A stretch of DNA of 63,862 bases, filler included, from Octopus bimaculoides (taxonomy: Eukaryota): assembly GCF_001194135.2 (NCBI RefSeq). It is 5 parts of 5 records of this genome, joined end to end, with 100 filler letters (N's around TTAATTAATTAA, not from the genome) between each part and the next. Parts side by side here need not be neighbours in the genome. Positions count along the whole stretch, not along the records: positions 1 to 20,839 come from NC_068992.1; 4 more parts are not named here. One strand, given 5' to 3'. This document shows, one piece after another, positions 1 to 14,739 of the stretch (its first letter is position 1; each line of letters starts with the position of its first letter). Under the pieces are notes generated by a model. It did no database searches, was not told where the DNA came from, and saw only the letters and a program-made list of their open reading frames with translations. The position numbers and the translations under genes are program-made.

Positions 1-31
<31 letters not shown>

Positions 32-130
32 GTGTATATACGTGTGTGTATATGTGTGTGTGCATGTGTGTGTGTGTGTGTGTGTGTGTGTTTGTGCGTG
101 TGTGCGTGCTTGTGCGTGCGGGTGTATGTC
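1..130. repeat. (TA)n/(TG)n microsatellite
   Basis: Direct. Confidence 0.95.
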
Positions 131-3100
131 CGCGTGTTCATTTGCATATATGTTAGCGCAAAGAATTCGTACATTTTCCGTGAGCAAAATTTCATAGGGG
201 TCGCGTAGAGGGACCGACCTCTGAAACAAGAGCTTGTGAAGAGAACGACTTAATTACAGTACTTTGCGTTTCGCTCTTAGGACGCACAACCAGTATTTAG
301 TTATCTGCATTATCTGCTTATCAACCGGTATCAAAATGTAGCTACAGATTTGTGAACATTATGAATGAAAAACAAAAAGTGCAAAGCACTCTTCAATATC
401 CGAATGTTTTTAGCGCAGTGAATGTGTGGAATGAAAACAGACAAACATTGAAGCGAGAATCGTAAATCTAAATCTCCTACAACTTGGCATAGTACTCTAC
501 TGCATACACCCATGTAATTATTATTCATTGCTTCTTTGGCATACAGTTAGAAAGGTTGGATTTCTGTAAATTTCAAACTTTTCTATAAGTGATTAATAAA
601 ATGGCTTTAGGAGCATCAAAACGATACTGCAAACTCATCATCTATTCCATTCGTCTTTGACAATGAGAATCATCTTATTTATACATATCTTGAATAAGAA
701 AAATGCAGAAAATACCCCCGCCCCTAAAATACCATTATTCAATTACAGTTGAGTCATTTGAGTTAGTATTATATAGCTCCTTGACAAAAGATACTTATTA
801 TTCACTCCACTGGTAATGAGAATCGGAATACAGAGAGAGGAAAAGAAGTATTAAATTGTATTTCAGCCAACATTTTACTATTTTAGATATTTTTTAAATA
901 CACTGTTACTTAACGTCTCCGTTCTTTACTCAGAAAGACGGACACGTACTTTTATTTCTCTCTCTTTTGTTTCCTTTTTCTGTATAAAGATGTAATGCAG
1001 TAGATTCAATTGGTTCTTGAAACAAATTCAAGACCAGCAATATTACAGCTCCGTACGGAGATATGCAAAACTGCTTTCATTTCTGCAAATTCTCTGACAA
1101 CATAATATATTTCCATTGTATTTTAACTGATTATTGCATTTGAAAATTCTTCTATATTTTTTACTTATTGATTCGCCGGGTATATGTTACATCCATCAAG
1201 TAAGTATAATTCATATTTTTTGAAATGCATATGGTAATTTAAATTGAATGGATGAGATCTATTCAACATTTCCATTTATCAAATATTCTTATCTTTTATG
1301 GATCCCTGTCAGTTTTATAATAATGGCAAACACTATTTTCAGATAAAAATGATTCAATGATTCAAGATTCAATAGCATTAGGACAAAAACGAACAGAAGG
1401 CTTTTCTTTACGCTGGATCGTCAACAGGAAACTTAATTTTTCATAGAAAATCCCAAACAGGAATCAATTATGTTAATTTTTACTTTTGGAAAGTAAAATT
1501 TTACTTTTTAGATTCATGCAATATCTCGAAACTAATCATTACAGAAATTTATGTTTTTCGCTTGGATAGAAGAAATTTACGAAGAACAGTCACAATGTTT
1601 TGACAATTTAAATATGAAACATCAATACGGACAAACATTAAGGGAATTTTTATCAGAATAACATGTTTCAAAATTGTTAAATCCAGTGAATTCTTGTCTG
1701 TTTAATGATTTTTGTTAATATATATGATCGTATATTTTCCATTTCATTAATATTAACAGTAATTTCTTGTAGTACATAGCCACATCTTAAGAATACTCGA
1801 AGTGAGTAAAATTCTGCTGAATATCTTTCACTTGCTTTCATACTTCCATGAATGGGATCGATCTCAATATGGCCCTAACAATTTCACGAAGGTTCATTTG
1901 TATTTTTATTCAGTTGTTAAGAACATCCGATCGAACAGAATTATCATCAATGTCGTTCCAGGCTCACCAGTCCATTTTTGCTTCAGGACTAGAGTACCCA
2001 GCATAGCATTATGTAGTATTTTCAGGCATATTGTAACCCTGACTACGTTGTCCAAAGCGTACTTTCTATTTATATTTTTGTTTAAAATGTTAGCTTGTGG
2101 TTTAAGAGAAATATGACTGAGTTGGTCGCTGTTTGTGCTACAAAATAACCTTGAACTGGATGTAATTTCCAGATCAAATACCCGTTTATTAGAACCCTGC
2201 TACACTCAGTAATTAATTGAAACTTCGATCAACAAGCGATATTATTTTATAAGTATTGTCACTAAAAGCTGTGGTTTTCCCATGGTTATAATCTGGTTTA
2301 TATAAATATTTAATCAGATTTTATACCTGTTTTTCTGTAGTAGGTGAAGGCACGAGTAGTGGTTAGGGAAGATCGACAAATTACCATAAATCGTCGGCTG
2401 AATTCCTTAGCCAGTCTGCGCCTTCTATCCTTCAGCAGGGTACTTAATTTCCCGTTGCCACACTAATACATTTTACAATTCATATAGCTGCAACTGACAT
2501 TTGGCTTAACACATATAACATTCATGTAATCATGTTTGTCAGTGGAGGAGCACAGTGGGAATGTCATATGAAATATACTCAATCCTGATGAGATTAATTC
2601 ATTTCAAAGTCGACAAGTAAAACATGAAATCGTATCTGCATCACACATCTTGTAGTATATATTGACAGAAAACTGATTACTGCCTCAGTTATACTGAAGA
2701 TTAGGAAGACCTACCGTATGTTTCTTATGTTTCTGAGGAAATGAACTACGTTGGACTAGCGACAAAGGAAGTATCAGTTAACGATCTCTGATCCATTCAC
2801 CACTTCAATCCCAAAAGTTTCTTCACTCTCCCCTTCTCCCTCCTCCTCCTTCTTCTTCTACTTCTCTGCCACCGCCTCCTTTCTCTACTACTACTGCTGC
2901 TTAAACAATCAAAGACAAGAATTCATATCAAACTAGCTGCTGCTAAATATTAGGAGCCCGCAAGGGTACAAAAAGGGCGACAGAGACAGGCAGAAAAAAG
3001 GAAAATGTCCCTTGAATTTGAAAACTATAGAAATATATTTTAAAAAAACATTTCATTTAATTTTTTCACAATTTAATTGTTATTCATGCTTTACTCCAAG

Positions 3101-3168
3101 TTGGAAAAGTCGCAATAACTGAAACCGGTACTACAACGTACTTCGTGTGTACCTTTTCAACCTCCTAC

Positions 3169-3199
<31 letters not shown>

Positions 3200-3609
3200 T
3201 GTATGTATACATACATGTATGTATACATACATTGACTTATTAACTATTGAACAAATAAATGACAGTGCCAATTGTATTTAATAGTTCTGACAGACTTCTT
3301 CAGGTGAGTGTGTAAGATGCGTGGACACGCATTTCAAATAGCACGGGGGTGAACCGAGACTTTGTTCCGTATTCTTGCAGAATAATGTGTTCTGTTGAAG
3401 TTAATCGAAAAACAATTCTATATGTTAATCATATTGATTTTCATTGATTTGGTGAATTATGTATTACACATATAAGTCTTTTATGTGTCAGTGAAATATA
3501 AATTTTCTGATAAGTCGTAAAGTCACGAAATTTACTTGTTTTTGCTCTTCAGTAAATATTCCATAAAATTTCATCATATCCCGTCTTTTTTCAAAGTATA
3601 ATGTATCTA

Positions 3610-3900
3610 GAAGGCAAGTGGCTAAATGTTTAGAGCGTCATGCTCACAATAAGGAGGTAGTGAGTTCGATTCCCGGACCGGGCTGTGTCTTGCGTTTTTG
3701 AGCAAGACACTTTATTTCAAGTTGCTTCAGTTCACTCAGCTGTAGAAATGAGTTGTATCGGCCCTTTCCCTTAGACAACATCAGTGGCGTGGGCGACTGC
3801 TGGTCTTCCATAAACCACAATGTCTCCCGAACTTGCACCTAGGAGGGGAACTTTTTAGGTGCAATCCCATGGTCATTCAAGACCGAAGGGTGTCTTTATT
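3610..3900 (+). mobile_element. tRNA-derived SINE, family B
   Basis: A box GTGGCTAAATG, B box GAGTTCGATTCC, TTGAGCAAGACACTTTATTTCA core, tail shared with 47650. Confidence 0.8.
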
Positions 3901-4449
3901 CATTTCATCTAGAATAACATTTGTCAGTACGTTCTTCCTTTTTTTATCCTTGTTTTAAAACCTAACTATGTTATATAAAGATATAACTAATTTTACCGGT
4001 TGGTGGAGGAATCGCGTTGCCGAAGTATACACGTATATGTAAGAGTGGCCTCAGAATATGTTAGAAAAATCTACGAGAAAATTTAAAATATGCATTAACT
4101 ATATAAGCAGCGAAGTATTGAAACCGGCAGTTAGATGTCTTTCCGAGCAATAATATTACTTCTTTCGTTAATACATCTACCACAGTATCAGATGATGTAG
4201 GTAATATCTTTGAAATGCAAGTGCATAGGATAATGTCAGAATGAAATCCGGTAAAAGGAAACACCATAGAGAAAATTGGAGTAATCCAGCATCATGCAGA
4301 GATTGATCTAAAATTATATATAGCGATATGAGGAAAATGCATAAATAAAACGAAATTAAGTTAATAACATCATCTTATCAAATAGATTTCCCATTAAGTG
4401 TTTCATACATAAATACCAACATTAAGAACATCTCACATTAACAGCAACG

Positions 4450-5105
4450 AAGATGCATGCATGTATGTATGTGTGTATGTATGTATGCATGTATGTATGT
4501 ATGTATGTTTGTATGCACGCATTCCTATATGTATGTATGCATGTATGTATGTAGATAGGTGTGTATGTGTGTGTATGCATGGATGCATTATGCACACGTG
4601 TGTATGCGGATGCATGCGTTGCTGAGTTGTTAAGATGTTCGCTTTTCAAACTTGAGGTGTCATATTCGATCCCACAATATTGCAAACGTGGATATATGGG
4701 AAGAACGAGCTGAGAGTGATACAAGATGGCTGCAAAGTGAATGTGAAACCATGGACGAATTGCTCCTAGAATTCAATGGGCTAGCTTGTCACCTGAGTTA
4801 CGCTGATTCGTCCTGGAAGTCATGTCTGTATTTAGGTATGTACTTGTGCATTCATATGTTCTGGATATGACTTTAAACTACACACGTTAGGAGAACCCCG
4901 GTACGGGAGTTCCAGGGTTTTAAAGGAATGTGGAAATACCTTGTGGCCAGTGGCTTAAGAGAGTGCGAAAATACCAAGGTCGACCCTGACACGGAGTAAT
5001 GACACCTGTTATATCCACTGTTATATATGCGTTAATTAGAGAGGATTAATTCACTGAAAGTGAAGGACCCATATTTCACGCTAGAACTTCCTTCATGATA
5101 ACCTC

Positions 5106-5144
<39 letters not shown>

Positions 5145-5585
5145 CTGAAGAGCAATTGGTTTCTAGTCCTCTTAACAGTGGTAGTGGCACCGGTATTATA
5201 GTTTGTTGCGCCGAACAGTTGGTTCAGTGCTGTGCTACACTGCGGCCACTCAACACAAATTCATGCGCAGGAACATCTTGGACTGTTCGAACGTTTACTG
5301 ATTTTAAGAAGTGTTCTTACTCAGCCACGAGTTGACATCATCAGATATTGGTGTAGGGCTGAATGTTGGTGGGTATGTACGTACATATACATGTATGGAA
5401 GCATGTGTGAATGTAGTGAACTCGGTATAAATATACGTATTGTCATATATAGGAATGTGTGTGAACGTATGTAACTTCACGACAATATAAAGCAACATAT
5501 ATATATATAAGAACATATTTCTGGACAGTGTCCCTATGCCTGCATGTGTGCATGTATATGTACGCAAATACATACACCCACACAA

Positions 5586-5651
<66 letters not shown>

Positions 5652-6409
5652 TCCTTATGTATGTGTGTGTGTGTGTGTGTGTGTTTGTTTGTGTGTACTT
5701 ATATGATGTGCATATGAAAATACATTCATGTTTTCTTGATGTATATAAAAACTGTTGTGGCTTTCATCACGTTATCTTTATCCCCTACCTTCGTTTTTAA
5801 TGCAAGCATGACAAAATAGAATCAAAATAAAAATAATGTGTTAACCGCATTATGCAGATCAATGTTATGTTAAACAGAAGGGTCTATCTAAATATTCCAT
5901 CATCGAAGAACATTATCATTGTTCAGTTCATGCTATATCACTCCTCTTTTAATTTAGCGAAAAAATATTTTTGAAAATTTTCCTTCCGCTCTTACAATTT
6001 CATTACATGTTGTTGTAATCAACATATAAATTTAATGTTTTAATGCTTTCTCTTTGATAAAGAGGAACCATTTACTTACACATAACGTAATCTAATATAA
6101 ATTTAAAAAGCAAATGTTTTAATCGAGATTAATATCTAAGCAATTAGGTGTTTAACTGTTTGTTTTCTGACATAATTCTAGCAGAGCTGCAAACTAACCT
6201 AGTCATTAATCTGACGGTATTTCTTCAACATTTTCTTTCCTTCTATGCGTATAGATATATACACACGTACGTATGTATATTTGTAAATATGTATATATGT
6301 GTGCGCGTGCAGACACACACACACACACACACACACACTCACGAACATGCTTACATATATACTCACATATACTTTTAAGCATATTAAAATATATTCTCTC
6401 CATGAAAAC

Positions 6410-6443
<34 letters not shown>

Positions 6444-6513
6444 TCATATGTATATACATGCAAACACAAACACTTCCATGTATATGCATATATACATGTA
6501 TCTTTCTCTCTCT

Positions 6514-6565
<52 letters not shown>

Positions 6566-6620
6566 ATGTGTATATGTGTGCGTGTTTGTTAGTTATATGC
6601 TTGAGTATACATTCACGTAA
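4450..6620. repeat. Cluster of (TATG)n, (TA)n, (TG)n, (CA)n microsatellites
   Basis: Direct; source of many spurious YI/CV ORFs. Confidence 0.9.
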
Positions 6621-7476
6621 TCGCAGAACAGGAGAAACAAACACACATACATGATTTAAAAGCCAGGTATTTTCGATTCTTCAATCGCTCTTTCACACAT
6701 GCTTACATCTGTCCATATGCCTCACACTGTTAGCTCTATTAACCACCATTCTAAATGCTGAAGGTGAGGAATACGTTGTTCCGCACCTGCGGGTCTCGTG
6801 CCTTCATCAGCTATGTAGAGGATACCTTCATCCTACAACAGAGGAAGACTCAAAATGTGATGCACTCTGTAATGATAATGGCCACACATTCTTTAACCAA
6901 TGACAGCCTAGTCATTATGCATATCGTTATTAATGGGTTTCCTAACTCAATTTAGAAAGGAAGAGGACATAATCATCTATTTCTACAAGAGAGCCACCTA
7001 TAGAGATTTATATGGGAGCTGAAATATCAATCATCCCCAACGTCATCAGGTACAAATACACTTTATTCATGAAATATACAGAATGACAGAAGATCGGGTA
7101 ATGAATATTATGTCACTGCAAATAATGCTGTACTGTGTGTCTGTGTGTGCGTGTAGATACCTATAGAAGTTTTAAGTATTCTTTACAGATCTAAAACAAT
7201 GCAAGGTACAGAAATTACAAATAGAGGTCGATGCGGTAGTACCACAAAGTAGTCGCTAGAAAAGCGGAAAATTTGAAGGCAAAACTAACGAGCATTGATC
7301 CATTGCTTCTGAGTGAACCCCACATCATGGAAGAAAGCTATGAACGGAAACAGCTTGATAATAGTTTGGAATGACATCCATTACGTTACATTTCAAAATG
7401 TCACACAAGTTTGAATTTCTTGATTAAAACACTGTCACGTGGTGCACAGAAAGCATTTTGAACATTTGCTCTTCTG

Positions 7477-7620
7477 TTCTTTTACTTGTTTCAGTCATTT
7501 GACTGCGGCCATGCTGGAGCACCACCTTTAGTCGAACAAATCGACCCCAGGACTTATTCTTTGTAAGCCTAGTACTTATTCTATCGTTACCTTTTGCCGA
7601 ACCGCTAAGTTACGGGGACA
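7477..7620 (-). mobile_element. SINE family A, 3' part
   Basis: TTTTACTTGTTTCAGTCATTTGACTGCGGCCATGCTGGAGCACC. Confidence 0.85.
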
Positions 7621-7754
7621 GACGTAGAGACTTGACAAAGACAGACGTACTGTTGAAATATTGTTCAAAGATTAAAATATATATATACAATCGAATCGCG
7701 CTCTTCATCTTGACTATTATTATCATTATTATTATTATTATTTTTTTTTATGGC

Positions 7755-7845
7755 TTGGAATCGAACTCGGAATCTTGCGGTTAGTAGCTTGCGCTCTTAA
7801 CCACTACACCATATGTCCGTGCGTAGATGGCGTAGTGGTTAAGAT
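7755..7845. mobile_element. Third copy: back-to-back tRNA-like heads, right arm truncated
   Basis: GGAATCGAACTCGGAATCTT...CTTAACCACTACACCATATGTCC, short spacer, then ATGGCGTAGTGGTTAAGA. Preceded by (TTA)n as at 53451. Confidence 0.65.
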
Positions 7846-7865
7846 ATATATATATNNNNNNNNNN

Positions 7866-7957
<92 letters not shown>

Positions 7958-7985
7958 TATATAGATAGACAGACAGATAGATATG
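7846..7985. repeat. (TA)n/(GATA)n microsatellite
   Basis: Direct. Confidence 0.95.
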
Positions 7986-9693
7986 TAAAGGTAAGATCCA
8001 AAGAACAAAGTGTAGGATGTTAGTGAGCTTCAAGCAATCCGTAGAAGATATAAAAAAAACAGTTTCAGGAATAACACTGGATTATTGGCGCAAAAGTTTC
8101 TGCACGTTTCAGGTATAGAATTAAGATAAGCTGAAAAAAATTAACGTCATATTTCATGGTTAGCAACAGGGGTTGTTGTATATGCGAATAAACATCTAAA
8201 AATTCGAGAATAGATTCATCATTTCTATATATTTACATACACGTCTTACTGTGTATATGAACATGCACACATACACTCAAACATCAATTTTCTGTTTACA
8301 TTTACAATCTCGCAGAAATATGCTTTACTTTGTTTCGTTCAAGCGAGAGAATCTTGAAAAATGACAAGCTGATAACTTTTGAGTATGTTTATAGAAAATA
8401 ATTTCAATTGTAATATAATAGTGTATGGGCCTGTCACAATTTATTCCCCTTCATGCTCTTTACTTTCTAATCAATTCCTTGAAATGAAAATTAGGCACGG
8501 ATATATAACATCGCAGTCTAGTTCATCACAATGACGACGAAAGCATAAAAGTCAATTTAAACAAAAGGAGTGAACGTTACCGCACTGTTGACATTCATCA
8601 GTCATTGGAAGCAGTCGGAACAGCTCTTAAAAGCTTCATGTTTTATTAATAAAAGCCAATAAACTAGGAACGATGAATGTAAAGGCAGTATAAATGGAAT
8701 GATGAAGAATCGAGGAGATTGAAGTTTAAAGGAAGATGAATTGTCAGTATTACACTTCTCCCAGAACTGAAGCACTCATTCGTACACACACACACATACA
8801 TATACGTACAAACGACCGCTGTTTGCTCAACCACATAAACATACAAACGTACGTACAAGCGTATACGTACGCACTGACATATATGTATGTGTATATATAT
8901 ATATATNNNNNNNNNNNNNNNNNNNNNNNNNNNNNNNNNNNNNNNNNNNNNNNNNNNNNNNNNNNNNNNNNNNNNNNNNNNNNNNNNNNNNNNNNNNNNN
9001 NNNNNNNNNNNNNNNNNNNNNNNNNNNNNNNNNNNNNNNNNNNNNNNNNNNNNNNNNNNNNNNNNNNNNNNNNNNNNNNNNNNNNNNNNNNNNNNNNNNN
9101 NNNNNNNNNNNNNNNNNNNNNNNNNNNNNNNNNNNNNNNNNNNNNNNNNNNNNNNNNNNNNNNNNNNNNNNNNNNNNNNNNNNNNNNNNNNNNNNNNNNN
9201 NNNNNNNNATATATATGTATATATATATGTATATACAAACATACACACACAAATATACATGTACAATATCTGTACACAATCACAGTTACACATAGGTACT
9301 TTCACAGACATATATATATATTGATGCATATATATATAAATATATATGATTGTTTATTTGATCGGGACATTTGGAACACTATCATGATTTAGTATTAGTA
9401 ACACTATTTATCACCGTCAGCAAGCCAAATTCTAATTGAACTGGTATACACACATCACTTGTCGATGAGAGAAGCTGCTACATAAGCACACAACTTGCTT
9501 AGTTTTCTCTAACCCTACTCTTATTGTCTCAGAGAGGCTGTAACTGTGTATACAGGTCAGTTTAGTACTTCTTACATTATACCTTAACAAATAGAGGCTA
9601 CTCGTCACAGTGAAAAATATCTCTTAAAAAATAAATGGCTTGTTCAATTAGGGCTGAAACAATTAAATATCACAAGGAAAATAAAATACAGAC

Positions 9694-10110
9694 GTTACTC
9701 TTTTACTCTTTTACTCTTTTACTTGTTTCAGTCTTTTGACTGTGGCCATACTGGATCACCACCTTTAGTCGAGCAAATCGACCCTAAGACTTATTCTTTG
9801 GAAGCCTAGAACTTATTCTATCGGTATTTTTTGCCGAACCGCTAGCTTACGGGGTCGTAAACACACCAGCGTCGGTTGTCAAGCGATGTTGGGGGGGGGG
9901 ACAAGCACATACACACAAACACATACACCCACATATATATATATATACATACATATGTACGACGGGCTTCTTTCAGTTTCCGTCTACCAAATTCACTCAC
10001 AAGACTTTGGTCGGCCCGAGGACATAGTAGAAAACACTTGTCCAAGATGCAAGATGAACCCGGAAGCATGTGGTCGGTAAGCAGGCTACTTACACACAGC
10101 CACTCCTACG
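9694..10110 (-). mobile_element. SINE family A, full length
   Basis: tRNA-like head at 10110, internal (CA)/(TA) microsatellite, (GAGTAAAA)n tail. Confidence 0.9.
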
Positions 10111-10384
10111 TTAGTGTCTCTTCTACTTATATCCTAGTATATTTATAAATAAGACGTGGTGTATTTATCTCCTGGTATATTTATAAATAAGACGTGGGCT
10201 ATTCACTACTCTCGAATGGGGGTCACACTACAGGGAATTTACCCTTGGCTGAATCTCTCTCTTTATATATGTTTGACTATCGTATAATCGAGGTTAACTG
10301 CTATGTTGGTACTGGAGAGTTCACACTGGATACTACAATAACAAATAATATATCTTCAATTTGTGATATTATTTCAGAACCACA

Positions 10385-10565
10385 AGGGAAATGAATTGGC
10401 AAAATCGGTGGCACGTTGGACTAAACGATTTACTGTATTTACTGTCTATGTTCTGAGATTCAATGTATTCAAGGTAGACTTTGCCGTTCATCCCTCTGGG
10501 ATTAATTGTCTAATTCTCATCCGTTAGAATTGCTTGTTTGTGCCTAAATCTAAAACAATTATTTC
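10385..10565 (+). mobile_element. SINE family C, degenerate
   Basis: GTTCTGAG..CAA...GACTTTGCCGTTCATCCC core. Confidence 0.6.
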
Positions 10566-13500
10566 CGAGTGATTGACACTTTGATTCACAGTTGCTAGTC
10601 ATTTCATTCTTATTCATACAGAATTTAGCTTCGCTAAACATATTAATGATATACTCTCAGTTCTTCCTCATCAAAGTATAAGTAATTTTATCAATTTTTA
10701 CACTATCAGAAAGCGATATTTCAAATTCCAACATAACACTATAGTTAAATCGTAAACAACATTTTACTTGAATACATATACTGTGTGTCTTTTCCAATAA
10801 CTTAACCGGATCACTTGAAGGCATGATCTTAAATATGGCAGAACTATCGGTTAATTTTGTTATTCCGGCCTCTAAGCCTGGTTGATACAAAATTCTCGTC
10901 GCAGTCCTGTGCATAGAATAGAGCAACCGTGTATAGAAAGAAAATCACAGAAAAAAGAAACGGAAATGGTGAGTTGACTCGCCGATACAAGGAAAGATCA
11001 ATATAGATTTAAACAGTTTTTTCTTCGTTTGAGAGCTGCGAAGATATAAGCGTTTTTATCGCATTGGTTCCAGTCTGGTTAAGTGCAGCCAAGATACAAA
11101 GATTTTTCTATCATTTCGACACATTCAAGCAGAAGACATCACACTTTTCAGACCTCATTGCAAATCATAATTAAAATAATCCAAATTTGATGTCTGTAAT
11201 ATATCTATAACCGTGTAGACTCTAAAATGGTGGCACACTGGGAAGAATGAACAGCGTGTTAAATAGAATGTCTCCCGGTGTTTGTTTTGATTCTTTGCGC
11301 TCTGCTCTAAACTGCCACCGAAGTCAGAATTGCATTACATTCTATCAGGGTCAGTGTAAAGGTACCAATGGAGGGCGGTGGATTGGTAGCTGTGTCAGAC
11401 TGTCGACTAGAAGAACTTTTCATATCTGTTTTTGCGTTATGTAAGCCTAAGCCGTCAACAACACAATTCTCAAGTAGTACTGCGTTCATACTGCGTATTT
11501 TCTCTCGGTCAGCATCGCTTGCGAGAAATACGAAACTAGTCACGCTGTATTTATCACAAATTGCAAGCAATATTTTGAATCAAGCAGTGTACGTACATGC
11601 ACCCATATACATACACCCGCAAACGCACGCACCAACATAACTCATTGCAGAAAGAATAAAAGAATGGTCCCCACTCACTTGGAAGAAAAATAGCTGATTC
11701 TTCTCAGAGCTATTTTTTAAAAATGTGACACTTAATAAAAATGAATATTTGTGCGAAGGTGTGATTAAATGTATTTCATTTTCACTTCCTTATGACGAAT
11801 GTAGGGAACAGCTGAGAATTTCGATCAGATCATCTTGACACAAGTGAAACATATGAAGCTGCAAATATATTATCGTAGCAAAATATATAAGCAGCAATAA
11901 ACATGTCCCACTTAAAGGTGATATTTCAAATAAAAAATAAATAAATAAACACTGATGATAGTGGCAAACGTTTACTGGATAACTGAACAGAATTCTTTCA
12001 ACACTTATGTGTCCTACGAGATTTAAGTCAACCACAATACATCTGTTTAATATATTTCAGATTTCACCTTTCTCTATCTGCTAAATATTGCCATTTATAT
12101 ATTTTATCTACAGATTTTTTTCTTAAATTGAAGTTATTTTATCTAATGACATTTATTTGCTGTTATGTCAAAAGCTTTGTTACAGGTAGGCTATGAAAAA
12201 TTACTTTTTTGGGGAAGAAAAGATAAGAAATTTACAAATTTATATTTCCTACAAAATCCTGAAATCCATGTTATTGCTTAAGTCAAATTACATACGTGTA
12301 TAAATAGGCATAATAATATTCTGTAAATGCTCAAATTTCACAATATTCCTCTTGTTCCAGCGCGCGCGCACACACACACACACATATGTATATATATATN
12401 NNNNNNNNNTATATATATATATATGTATGTAATGTATGTATATATAGATGTGCGTGTACATGTGTGTGTGTATATGTGTGTGTGTGTATGTGTGTATGTG
12501 TATGTGTATGTGTGTATTCTTTTCTTAGATGGCGTTATTGTTTCGAATAATCCTTATTCATTCAATTGTGAGATTTCCCATCCAGTGTGCGTGTAAATTC
12601 TTCTAATCCAAGAATTTACACGCGCACACACACACACACACACACAGACGCAGACTCAGACACACACGCGCGCGCACGTATAGAGAATAATAAATTTACT
12701 TTTAGATGGAGCATTAAAAATACGTGTGTGTCTGCATGTGCTTGTACACGGATACAGGGCTCAAGTGTTTTCGTAATTCAATGTTATTTCCAAGACAAAT
12801 ACTTGCAAACACTATTGCTTTAGTTCCTTTCTCGCTTAGCAAAATTTACTGATTTAGTAATGAAAATATTGAATTATTAGAGACACAGCGTTTTCCCATC
12901 AGATTGGCCTTTTAATTGGACAACATATTTTGACAGATCTCACATAAAAGAATAATGCCAAATTACGGTACACAGTAATAATAATAAATGATTGTAATAA
13001 TAAATGATTGTAATATTATTGGTCCGTTTTTTTTTGTCTATAATCAGTAACTTGTAACTTATCTAATTCCACCGATTTTGAAATTCTGTAATTTTAAACA
13101 TTAACATGATAGGTAATATCCCCACTTACAGTGGATGTTCTGTTCGAACACAAAATACTTCGCTAGTTGCCAAGAGAAAACCTCTCATATGCACATGTGT
13201 TGCATATAAGCACTCGTGTTTTACATTACTACCCAGAGATAATCGTTTGCTATCAGTGCCAGGTGTACCAGAATACGTGATTTAGTCCTTTCTTGTCAAT
13301 GGTAGACGTCTGCAGCTGGAAGTATCAGTGATTTTCCGCCAACCACATATATAAAATCGTAATCTCTATTCAAGCACTATTCCGCCTCTGGGGCTTAATT
13401 AATAGCGATAAAAGCAATATTAAAACGAAAAGGTAATCTTGATCTCCAAATTAACGTGGAGGCTGCGTTAGAACATAGAATACTGCATTAATTTACCTTG

Positions 13501-14399
13501 AGAGATCTCGCAAGGACTTGTGGTGCATAAAAGAATTCGAAATTATATCGATGATAGACGAAAGTTTTCTTCTTCGGGCGCCGGGATTTCCAGATGGCAT
13601 GGTTTTAGCCTGCTATGAGTTGATCAGTGATATATATAGAATCTTGGTGTCTATTTAGGCACTGATATCGCAAATAGCCTGTGTACTGATTAAAAGATAA
13701 TAGCAGTACGAGTACTAAATAAAAAATATTTATCCTCACTTAAGTGGATGTAGAACAGGAAATGCTGCGATATATACTATGAAATAACCTCTCATATGGA
13801 CATAACCAGCACATATATATTCTTCACAGCGATTTCAATATATTTCACAGAAAGTCTCCATGTTTGAATCACGCAACGTCAGATTGTAATTTTTAATTCT
13901 TTAATTTAATTATTGAACTCTTTTACAGCTCACGATTAAATGCTTGTATCTACAGTTTATTGCACTTTCCCTTTGATTGAACAGGTTAGGTACAGTTCCA
14001 GTTTTTTCCATATATTCAAGATAATTTCACATTCAGCATTGAAAGCTTTGAAACTCTGGTCAGTTTTTATGTTCATCCCCTTCTTGTATCATTGAAGCTC
14101 TGCAATCTAAGATACTTAAAGTTAGCAAGATCGAGTAAGCTGTTTAATGTTATACGTACTTCCGAGACTAGTCCACCCTGCACAGAGATAATTGCCAGTC
14201 AGCAACTGTCTAATTGTCCAATAACATTTCCAGTGGAATCCCTACTGTCCTCAAGCTGTGTTTCTGATTAAAGTAAATGATGATATTTTTCAATGATTTA
14301 TATGTTGGGGGTTTTAAATACATATCACTATTGCTGTATTGTATATATGGGCGATGGCCTTTGCCAGTTTCGATGTGATATGCTGCAAGTAAATAGGTG

Positions 14400-14730
14400 C
14401 ATAGCTGTTAGTGGACTTAACCACTGGCACTCCGTCGGTTAAGACGAAGGATCCAGTTGACCCGATCAGCGTTTGTGAAATTAACGTGCAACTGGTTCAG
14501 CACTCAACAGATATGCATACCCTTAATGTAGCTCTCTGGGAGATTCGACGTGTCACAGAATGTGACATACCTGGCTCATTTGAATTACAGGTACTACTCA
14601 ATTTTGGTATATGAGTGGACTGCAGTAACGTGAAATAAAGTATCTTGCCCAAGGACTCAGCGCATGGTCGGCAATCAAATTCATGACCGTGAGCCGAATG
14701 CCCTATCCTCTAGGTCATACGCCCTCACCT
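14400..14730 (-). mobile_element. tRNA-derived SINE, family-B-like head and core with a different tail
   Basis: GAAATAAAGTATCTTGCCCAAGGAC core plus degenerate tRNA head at 14670-14730. Confidence 0.6.
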
Positions 14731-14739
14731 AACCATACA

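Noticed and set aside
6770-6815. Minus-strand CTGATGAAGGCAC...GTGCGGAAC
   Set aside because: Lacks GAAA and the stem III/cleavage triplet.
10133-10197. 38-nt tandem duplication
   Set aside because: Ordinary local slippage next to a SINE.
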